From contig CM120641.1 of the NCBI GenBank assembly GCA_051362555.1, forward strand, positions 10,416,001-10,480,000: DNA of 64,000 nucleotides, written 5' to 3'. A program made the position numbers and the translations under genes. This DNA comes from Lingula anatina. Taxonomy: Eukaryota > Animalia > Brachiopoda. Shown here piece by piece: positions 28,601-40,600 of this stretch. The notes under the pieces were generated by a model, which had not been told where the DNA came from, searched no databases, and saw nothing but the letters and a program-made list of their open reading frames with translations. The number at the start of each line of letters is the position of its first letter. The stretch's first letter is position 1.

Positions 28601-31600
28601 CACATGGCACCATGTGCAGCCTGGGAAATCAATACAACCCTTCATCTCAAGGACTGTAAAAACTTGCTCTTTAAAGCTAGAATCATCTCATAAAATGACT
28701 GAAGCAATTACTTAAATGATCTTTTCTGACAATCATTATTACCCTATGGGATTGGAAGATACAGTAAATATCAACTTTTTTCACATTTTGTTTTTTTTCT
28801 GTCAATTTTTCATGAGGTTGCAGGTATAGTTTAGTTGTTTTATACTTGTATTATTTTTACATTTTAAGCCATAATGAAAACATACAGGTGTACATTATCA
28901 TAGTGTTTTCCAGAGTCATGTCATTATTTTTGTTACTTTCTGAAACAACCATGTTTGCCATTGTTTCATCTGCCATTTAATGTGTCTCTATTACTAAAAA
29001 AACGTTTACACCTTTTTTTCAGAGCTATATTAGACTTCTCATTCCAACATGTCATGGACCTCACAGTTTAAAGTGGTTGACAAACAGAGAAGAAACCAAT
29101 ATCATAAATGTGCACTACATGAACCCAAAATCAATATGATAAGCCACTTAATCTCTCTCAGTCTCCTCTCTCTCTCTATGTGTGCGTGTGTGTGTGTGTG
29201 GCTGTGTATGTGTGTGTGTATGAAAATCAATTATTCTTATGTGAAATAATGAAAATCTCTTTGTTTAACATTTTGTCAGGGATTCTGATTCACGGAAATG
29301 TTTCCACTGAAAAAATTGTCTTTTTTAAGTCTGTATACCAATCAAGCTAAACCAACTGATGGATTGAAATATAGGAAAACTTTCTACAAAACAAGCCAGA
29401 GAGAAATTAAACTCAAGTAAAATTCATCAAGCAGTATTGTAAGAAACAAACCTCTAATTGATAAATTCAATTAAAAGCACAAGTCATACAACATAAAGAA
29501 ACATCTTTACCTTGTCAATGAATCGCTTAAGCCCCCATGCATTGTTCTTACAAGCCACTAAAAGTTATACAAACTTCTTTATGCTCAACATTCATCATTA
29601 ATATCCTCTACAGTCATTAATGCCCTTCACTGATTCATATATACCCTACCAAGACTCCGCATATATACTAACCTGCTGTCTGTTATTTGGTGTGTATGGC
29701 AGAAAGGTGGACACATGAAACATCACTTCATTGTTGGCATAGGTGGCATACAAAGAATGGGTGCCAGTGGAATCAGCTAGAATAAACAACAGAGAATACT
29801 AAATATACACACAAATCATCACGAATGCTTAAAACATAATTTGATGGGACTTCTGTTAAATATGTCGCTGCTTGCTTCCAAAATCCATATTCAGAATAAA
29901 AAGATGCTAAACTGATAAGAGAAATCAATGAGAATGCTCATTTTATGTACATCTCTGACTGTCATCAGGGTATTTATTATAAGAAACCTTACACATATGA
30001 GACCAACAAAAAAGATGATTACGTAAATTCCTTGTAAGTGATCTTTTCTGGCAACAACAGTGACTTAATTAACATTTGAAACTTCTAAACCACTAGGAAA
30101 GCTAGGATAATTTACACTTGGATCTGTGAACACCGTCCTCTAAGAATATCACATCAATCTGTGGCTAGGCAAATTTTATGGTGGTGTGTTATAAGACAGG
30201 TTCTCAATAAGATGTTCATAATGACATGCATATAATGACTACTCTGGACTTCAAAGTAATGATGTAGCCTTAATGATACCTGCCAACTGTAATGTTAACT
30301 GAAAAACATCCAAAATCAATATCCAACAGGATTATTTTTAAATGGAACATCTCTTCCATCAGTAATTATCTATAAATTCAGCGTCCTGTTATGTGAAAGG
30401 GAATGAGATGTCTAGCAATGACGGTAATGCAATTACTTTAGGTCCATTGATAGAGTTCAGTGCCAGAGAATACCTCCTTGGGGGAAAAAGAAAAATGCTA
30501 ACGGCCCTCATTTGCCTGAAAACAACATTATAAATCAATCTACAGTTAGGATAGAGAGTGGAGAGAAAGAGAGAAAGAAATGACTTTGACTCTTCAACAA
30601 TATATGCAAACATGTCGATATACCTGCTCATAATCAGAGAAGGATTGAGGATAGATGTATGTTTTTAGACCTGGCACTCCATACTTTTGTTCACCATAAC
30701 TTTAGAACTGGTACTTACTTTTGTTATCCAAACCAGCCCTGTATTTCTCAAATCCTTTTAAGCGCACTCTCTGTCCAATGCAGTCTAAGAATTCATCAAA
30801 AGCTGGTCCTGCGTATTCTGTAAAACATGTTACAAATGGTAAATCAAAAATTGCTGTAAGCACATATAGCTTTTTGAGTAAATAGTTAGAACTATAGAAG
30901 TCTTAATTTTGATCCTACTGTTGTTAAGTAGTAAATTCTTTTCAACTATGGGGTTATAATAACAATTATTTTTTTTTTTATGCATATGACAAAGCAAGTG
31001 ATGCTTTCATGAGATGCATAAATGTGTAACTCAACAGATTAGAAACTTTTTTCCTTTCTTTTATCCAGAACAGCATACATAACTAGGATGTTCTAGGAGC
31101 ACACAGCACTATTGCTGACCTTGCCTAATTACTTACCATTATTGTAGAGCTCTTCTTCTGTAGACTGACCTGCTTTGCAATACATAACACCAATTTTGTA
31201 CGTTTTTGTGATCTGAAATATAGCAAATACATGATTATTCCTTTTGAGGAATGCATATTCAAAGAATACACTTATTTTCATTATTATTTCCATGGACTTT
31301 AAAAGATGGTTTTTCAAATTTAATTAAAAGAAATGCCCCCCAAAACAGCATTTTACTATCTTTAGCTACACATATCATAGTTAAATAACTAACAGTATAA
31401 CTGTTTCTCTCTCTCTCTTACAAATACAGCATAAAATATTGTCTAATGAAAATACATCAGCAGCTTAAGTACATACAAAGTTTCCCCACAGTGTAGTATT
31501 CATTATCAGATTGATTGTGGGTTTGAAGTCTTCTCACAGCCAGTCTTTATAAAACCCAACCCACCCCTACCCCCACCCCTGACCACAGGCCTGAACAGAA

Positions 31601-34600
31601 TCCTATACTAATGGTTGAAAACTAAGTTTTTGGATGCTCTAGAAACCAGGGACAAGTGGGCAGTCCCCTTTATAATTTCAGTAATATATCACTCACCCCC
31701 TGTTCATCCAGCTTCATGAGCTGCTCAGCAGCCTTGTTCCCTGGCACAGCCTGGCGTAGACAAGACAGCTGAATCTCGGGGCACACATATTCCAGCACCT
31801 CCTTGATGGGCAGACCACGAGAACTGCTAAGACGTGAGGATGACGGAATGGCATCCTCCAAGATTGTTATCCTTAGTGTAGTTAACTGAATAAGTAACAA
31901 AAGATGCGAGGATGAAGAGTTTTGTCCTTAGAGTAGTTAACTAAAAATGTAACAAAATAAGAAAGGACATTGTGACAATTTTCTATTTGCATCCTTAATA
32001 TTTACTCAGAATATCAAAACACTCAGTATTCTAAAGTATTCAGTTTTGTAAGTTTCATAGCTATGAATTGTAATTCTTAGTGTAGTTGACTGAAAAAAAA
32101 ATGAGAAGGGATTTTTGTGTTTTCTATTTGCATCTTAAAACATTTACTCTGAACACAAAAATACTCAGTTTTGCACTAGGAAGTTTCATAGCTATTTATC
32201 CATTAAGGGTTTCTTCTTGATTTCAAATTAATGAGCATTTTTTCATGGTCTCCCATATAAGCAGAACTGCTGTGCTGCCAAGAAAAATAGTTGGGAGTTG
32301 CCAGGGAGGCATTTCAGATTCCACACTATAATGACTAAATTAGTTGATGTTCTCCTAAATAAACCTACCTCACAGAGTCAAGATAATAAACATAAGCTAA
32401 CTTTAAGCCAGGGAATTCCATGCTGGGTCTATATTAAGAAAAATTCTTTCAACCTGGATTTAATTTTCTAATTTAGATAAAGACAGCCAATCCTTGTTAA
32501 AGGAACAGCAAGGCTGGGGTCAAAAAAGGATGTTTAAGAAACTCAACACATATGTTGTAAACACACAAAGGTTCTAGTTTATATAAACAGAGCTGTACCT
32601 TATTAACTTACCTTTTGTACAGCAACACCTTGCTGGTCCCATTTTCAGAAAAAGTTTTGGTAAAATTTTCAATGTTTTATACATCAATACCCTATTTTTT
32701 ATTACAAGAAGGGTTGTCAAACCTACATGTTTTGCCCTGGATGTAGCAGTCTCCTTCAGTTTCAGGATTGGTAAAGTTTAATTTAATCATGGCACCAAGG
32801 ACTAATAAACATAGGTAACTCACCTCACTAGTTCTTGCTATAACCCTGTACTGGTAGGGCTGTCCTCCCTCACCCTTGCTCTCTCTATGATCAGCTCGCT
32901 CACGTTTAATACTGAGGGCCACAGGACCTAGATTCTCATCCACCCCAAAGTAGTTCTGATGTTCTGAAAAACAGAACAATACAATTTGACAACTGGAAGT
33001 TGATAAATTTTGTATAATATCTATTTGACATCAATGTGTATTCCATGAATGCTGATATTTGTGTATTTTGTTTTATAAATGTGAAAAGTATAATACAGTG
33101 TTTCTGACCCAAAAATGTCCCCCCTCTTTTTATAATTCTATTGAACATGATGAGATATACTATTGATTTACACATCTTAAGAGTTGTAATTAAGTATTTA
33201 AGCAACAAGTTGTTGAACAATGACTCAATCTCCACTTTATAAATAAGTAATTGAGGGAATGATGCCATCTATGCACTGATGCAATTCATTTCTACTTACA
33301 AGCTTTTTTTCAACTAACCTGTGTACTTTGCAGGCTAATGACATATTTAATGCATGGTGCAGGTTTATGCAATATCTGGCATATGATATCAGAACTTATG
33401 ATACTTTATGGGCTGTGTGGCAATTCAAACCTTTGTTCAGCAAATATGTGAAAAGTCCAGCACACAAGGGCATACAGGCTACATGGTGCATGAATTCAGT
33501 TATACATATCTAGGTAAACCCAATACATGGCCTAGCTGGCACCAAAGGATGTAAAGAGTGCGTGGTAGATACATTGTTTGTATATTACTGAGATGTACAG
33601 CAAATATGTGAAATATCTGGTGTATGATTTTGCACAGTATATAAAATGCATGTGGAGTAAATGTATAAAGTATCAAGCACATAAGAGCTAATAAAGGAGA
33701 CATGGTATCAGATGTAGATGAAAAAAACATCACACTGGTCCTATAGGAGGTGGGGCTGTCAATAGCAAACTGGCAAAATATCAGTTACCATGTATGGGAC
33801 AGAAACAGACATCATTAAATGTCCATAAATGCCTGACCTTTGACATGAAACAAACCACTACACACTTAAACACCTTATTATAAAACTAACCTGTCTCTCT
33901 CCCTGTACACTTTTGTTATCTTCATCTCTTATGTAGGTGCCTTTAGTTTCAGGTGCCTTTTTTTTTTAAGGCAAACATACATATATTAATTAATAAAAGT
34001 ATAATTATTTTCAGATTTAGGGTATTAACAGTTTTATTCCTCTATCCATAAAACTGGGAATAGCATAAGATTCTGTACTCCGAAACTAAGGTGACCCATA
34101 GCCTTGATCATTTGTCTGTATACTGAATGAGTACATTGTCAGATCTAAGTTTCTACATACTAGGTCAGAGATATGTAGGAGATTACAAAGCCTTTTTCTA
34201 CTTCTATGGATACATACATATACAGAGCTCTGAAACATATAAGTAAATTCTATAAAGCATGTAAGCTACCCTCTTTTTAACTAGATATACAGGGTTAAAT
34301 ACTTGGCAGACTATGAACAAGGAGCTTCCTCTTTAAGCATTTTTTTAAATACAGGGCCAGATGGCTGATATCTGTATAGAAGCAAACAATGCCTCGTGTC
34401 ATACTCCACCCACAGTTCCTGGGTTAACCTACAACAACTATCTTTCTGCCACAAGGAACAATGCAATTATTGTTGTACAGAGTATTTACATTGACGTGTT
34501 TCCCCTCCCAGCCCTGGTTTTACAGCAGGAGACGAAGCATATCATTGCAACCCTGACAGCCCATAATTTCAAGGCATGACTTTGAAAAAAGGGAGAGAAT

Positions 34601-37600
34601 AAAATCTGACATTTTTAGCTATAAAAACTCAAAAAGGGTAAAAAAATTGAGTTATCAATGTGATGTTATATTACAAGAAAATCAAATGCAATATTGCACT
34701 GTAGTTGAGCAAATACACACTTATCTTCACAATGCTAATGCTGACTCAATCACTATTAAATAAATAAACCATTTTAAAACTGAAAAATGCAGACCCGCAG
34801 TCTGATTCCTAAGGTCTTTGTCCTGAAAATTGCTTTTGACTTGCAAATGAAATTGGTTTTCATGTTGGCCCCTTGCTTCAGCCTCAAAATGAGCTCACTT
34901 CTAGGGTAATGCTGTGCAGCATGGCATGGGGATATCATGTTGTTTTCATATATCAGTTTCAGACAAAAATCAATAAAGTGGTCACCCAGCCATGATATAA
35001 CACATAATCAGATCAAAAGTGGCAAATGGCAGCCATTTGTCCCCAATTATCTTATCTCGGCAGAATTGGATCTGGGCGGACAAAAATACTGGACTGATTG
35101 ACAGCTGGCTGGAGATAATTATCGCTAATGCAATTAACTGCAATTATAATCTTATTGCAAATGGTTGATGGATAGAACAAATCTTGTACAGGTTGTGATT
35201 AATTACATCAGTGCCATGAATAATTAATTGATTACTGCATAGAGACCAGAATGGCATTCTTCAGCCACTAAGTTGAGGAGATGGCTACTATGGATATTGA
35301 TATAAATTTAGAAATAATGTAAAAAAAAAAAAGAAAAAATTAGGTAGAATGCACAGCAAAGCTGAATGCTAAGTGATGCCTTGGTAGGCAAAAGAGGTTA
35401 CGACCAAAAGGCTAAATATAAAAACAGATATAAATACAAAGTTCTCTGTAATACTGCAGTTTAATGTAAACTTGAGTTTAAGTGCTGTACATAAGTGCTG
35501 TAAAACCTAAAACCCGGTTTCACAGTAAACAAACAACTCCTACTTCTTAATGAATATCTTTTACATATTTCTAAGTTGTTCTTATACAGCAGGTAACTCT
35601 TTATTATGAAAACTGATGCTGTAATACATGTGGGAAAGCTTGACTTTTATGTGGCCACTTATCCTGCACTAACATTGATACATGTTCTGCAGTTGTTCAA
35701 ACATTGATATTACAGGTAGCTAGCCCACCAGAAAAAATAACTCATGTAGAGAGAGATTACAGGAATGTTTCCCTTCTGAGTGGCATCTCTTTAAATAATA
35801 ATAATAATTAGAAGAAGGCACTTATCCTATTTCTAATGTAAGCTGGACAGAGTAAAATGTTTGAAAGGAGAAAACAGAAGACAATGAATGTTACTTCTTT
35901 ACTGAAATTTTAGTTTTCAGTGGATGGGTCATTTAGCCAAATAGGTAAATCCAACCATCCAAAATATCTATATGTTTAACACAGTCCCAATGCCAGATTT
36001 AACTAAAAACTCTAAACATTCAGATTCTAAATTCATTCACACATGTTATCAGTATAACAGGATAAGGATCCTATAATTATTACACTTGTATTACAGTATT
36101 TACAAAACAAAATACACTGCCTAGCATGTGTAAATTGTAGACAAGGAATTTAACGATTTCTCTAAGTCATTAAGCCCAGACCCTTCACATGCAAAGCCCC
36201 AATCCATCACCTTACCTTGATTGACATATTATCACCTAACAGGTAACTTCCCAACATTCTGACAAAAATGACAGTTCCAGTACAATGCACCCTGCATATC
36301 TGAGTCCTTATATGAGACCATATGCATATACTGTGACTGAGGGCAGTATCTATTTGGACTAAGGAGTCTCAGGGTAGCTGAACAGGGGCGTGTGTTCAGT
36401 TTGACCTTGTTTTTAGTAGCATTCATTCCTCTGGGAGTATAGGGCACCTTCATGTGGGCAATCAGTGGAAAGTGAATAAGGAAAACATTACTGTTTTAAG
36501 AACTGTTTATAAAAAATTGGTGTGTTTAGATTTCATTTTTATTAAGAGTATGATTTTTAACACAAAGACAAAGGAAAAGGCTGTGTTTTCACTTCACTCT
36601 CCCAATTTTAACCAGATCATGTATGTATCCCACCATGTGTCAGAAAAAGAATGGTAAGTTTATGGACAATTTGGCCCCTCTAAATAAACTTGATATGCCA
36701 TATATACATTAAGAGCTGAACACATCTAACATTAAATCAATCTAAAGGATGGTGTATGGTGTAGACTATGCTCTAGAGACCTCTGATAGTAATTTTACCA
36801 GTGAGTGCAATTTCAAGGTGTAATCAGGCAGGTGGGTCAGTGAATACTTCACCACAAAGGTGTGAAATCTGTTTTTTATTATTTCAATACTATCATAACA
36901 ATCTCATCCATGAATCTCTCACAACAAAAGAAATGCTGACAACGTGCAATCTTTACGCCATCACATCCAAATAACTCATAGAATTCTGAACAAGTATATC
37001 TATAACCCTTGCATGTAGGAAGAAATAGACTCCCCAGTTGTCAGTCATTAAAGAGAGCTTGAGAACTTTCTCTATCTCAAGCACTTGTGGTTTTACTGGA
37101 CTTAATATCTCACCTGTACAATGGCCAGGCACAATAAGTGGTTAGGGGTGAATGAGTGTGTGTGTGTGTGGATGTTTACCATGTCAGATAGGTGTTCCAT
37201 ACTGATTGCCCACTGTTCTCGTACTTTCCAAGACACACAAATCACCACCCACTGAGGCAGTTTAAAACAGCAAACCCCAGGTAAACCAGCCCTGCAGTGC
37301 ACAAGGGCATGACATAACTTAGCAAAGGTATGCCTTTGTGGGGATCAATGTTATGGCACTGCTCATGGCATCTTCTTCTAATACAGGTTAATCAATAACA
37401 CCTGACCAGCGGAAGAAATTTATTTACCTAAGTTTTGATTGCCCTTCCTAAAATGCAATGCATATGTTAGTATTCAAAACCAACAAGTCTTAGTGCAGGT
37501 CATACCAGAATGACTTTCGTACAGTCTTTATAATAAGAGTTTTTTATCACTAGCTAAGACTTTATATTCATATAACAAATTTTTGTTCATTTTATGATCT

Positions 37601-40600
37601 AAGGTTTGATTATGGATAAGGTAATGGGGCAACAGAGTCACTTCCCACGTAATGGATCGCAGTTCGTGAGCTGCCAATTACTATATACTATCTGCCTCTT
37701 CTTTTCATTTTTTTCATTTATCCTTCCTCTTTGGCATTATCAAATTATTATTGTGAGTATAGGAACTGTACTTGGTTACCTAGCATGTAAATATATCCTT
37801 TGCAATATTTCACTGTACCTGGTTGTGGCCTTACATTAACTGAGAGTTACCTGACATAATTTGCCCGCATTTTAATATGTAGCACAGAAATAATACCAAA
37901 TAAGTCATCAGTATTTTTTTAATATCCCAAAAGATGAAGACTCATTTCAGTTGATTTAGATCTATACTAATAATGAAATCATTTTGTTTTCTCATTAAGA
38001 TCTCATTTGTATCAAAGCAGACTTACTGCTTTAGAATTTAACATGCTCTGTCAGTGTGTATACCACCTGTGTAAGGTTTTTTAGATCCTTTGTCAGGCTC
38101 AGTAATCTCCAATAGGTTCTTTTTTATATCCCATCACATTAAAAAAAGATCATGTCTATTGGGTTAGCTTCCCAGCTTGTAAACAGGCTCAGTTATGCCT
38201 TAATACAAGTTACTTCCCAGGATCTTTAATTCAAGTCTTATCTTTACCACCTGAACACTGGGTCGACATCTTGACATATGACTGCAAATGTATTCTTTTC
38301 TGTCTGACACTAAAGGACATTTACTAGTTAAGATGGTCATTTCATATAAACAACTGATATATACTGTATTGCTCTGGGTATAACATTACAATATCTGTTT
38401 TTGTTATTGACAATGCATTGGGGGGAGGGGGGGGGGGCTTATGTTGAATGTCAGGCAGTTAAAACTTATCTTTTTGCCTATCTTTCCTGCAGCTTCAGAC
38501 ATACATTCTGTACGTACATGTATTTCTCATTTAGTTTCCATATATCCTAAGCACCTCTATAATGTCTTATATCACTTAATATACTTCCATTTATGGACTT
38601 TCATGTAAGGAAAAAAAATCTTGGAAAACCTAAAACCAGCATGATATTTATCAATGAAGCAACAGTGTATTCATATCATAACTCTTGGAAATGCTTCAAA
38701 ATTGAAATACTTGAGAGAACATTTCACACTGTGCGGTGCCTCTTAAATTTTCTTCCTGTTAAGAGAGATCTTGATGAAATGCTAAGCAGCAAACCCTTGT
38801 GCATCATTAAGTCTGATAAAAATACTGACATGAAACCTTGACTGTAAGCACAGATCATATTTGGCATCAGCATATTAAAAGCTTGCAGGAATAAACATGT
38901 CAGGAAGGGATCTTTGATGTACTCACTTTAGAATAATTTTGCTGAAGCAAAATCAATTTTTGACTAACCATCTAGAATTCAAGGAAGAAACATTAAATGT
39001 CTTTTATTTTTAGTCCCTACTAAGATTTGGCAAGCTAGTTAATGTGAAATCTCCAAGGTGTCTGGATGCAAATTATCAGACACATGTTAGAAAATTCTAT
39101 AGCCAGAAAAGCATCCAAAGTGCACACCTCCACCTATTCTCATTTTTATTAATTAATTAAATGATCCCCACCAAAATCTAACCAATTATATGTTAGCTTA
39201 TTTCTGACCTCTACTGAAAATTTTATCAAAATCCATCCATAATTTTTTAAACCTAGGTTGTTTGCCAACAAGGGCAAAAACGTAACCACCTTTGTTGAGG
39301 TTATATGGCAAGATGGTCATATTTTGTGAATAGCATTATCATGAATTACTAGAACTTAGCATCACTCAGTCTTGTGACAGTATAGAATCAAGCAGATGCA
39401 AAGGATTGCTCAAACCCATGCTATAAGTATATATGTACAAAAGTTTCTCAATGTACATCTCTACACAGTTTAGTCTAACTTAATGCAATGTCATGGCATC
39501 TTATCTACGCGGATGTAAAAACAACAACAACAACAAAACAATAAAAGCAAGGAAGAAAAAATGACACAAAGACCACATTAAGGAACTGAGAGGTTTAGTT
39601 TCTAATAATACACTTACCTTGGTTATAGAAGAAGTTTCTATAATAGAAAGCACCATGGTCTAAATGTTCGATTATATATCCTCGGTGTGCCATGATTGAT
39701 GGTTCAGTTTCACCATCAGGTAACTTAGAAACATCCAAAATGGCCATCCCACTACAGGCTGGGGGACGCATCATCATATGGGAGTTAACATTGCGATTGC
39801 CTAGCAGCTGCTGGACGCGTCTTTGTGCCGTGCTCTGCGTCAAGCTTATCATGCGCTCTTCCTCCCCACCTAATTCATTGCGAAAGAAGGAGCAGCTAAG
39901 CACCAGTTCATTGCTCCGTCCATCCCCATCATCAGAATCATCATTGTCTGATTCTTCAGATTTATCGCCACCATTTTCTTTCTCCTTGTTCTGGCGCTGA
40001 GCAGAGGCAGCAGATGCCCCAGTTGTCGTATTGCGTCTTTTGCGTATTGAATTCCTCCTCCTTACCACTTCAACGAAATTAACTCCAACGCTCTGACAGT
40101 CATAATGCGTCAAGGCTTTGCGTCGTAAGTATTCCTCTGTACTATACTCAAGCTCTGATGAAGAGTCTGAAGTCTTGCTTACAGTTTCGGCGACATCAGT
40201 TTTTGTACCTCTTAACTTTCTAAATAGTCCCGCTCCGTCTCCTGACACAGACTTTGCCCTTGGCTTTCTCTCTTTGGTGACACTTCTGGCTGCAGGGAGT
40301 TTCCCTGTAGGACTCTGTGCCCTCTCTGGGGATTTCTGATCCACTGGGACTGAACCATTAGCCACCTTAGAGGAAGATGCTCCCCCAGGGTGCTGTTGCT
40401 GTTGTTGCTGTTGAGACAATTGTTTAGTGGGAGTAGTCAAATCCAACTTACCCCTTAGCACCTCATGAATCTGTGGAGGTGCAGGTGCCCTCTGATCAAA
40501 ATTTTCAGGCCTAAAAGAACTCAACATTTCAAAGAAGCTCTCATTCCCTGCATCAACAATGTCTAGAGAATTTGCACTCCCATAATTCCTTCTCAGTGCA

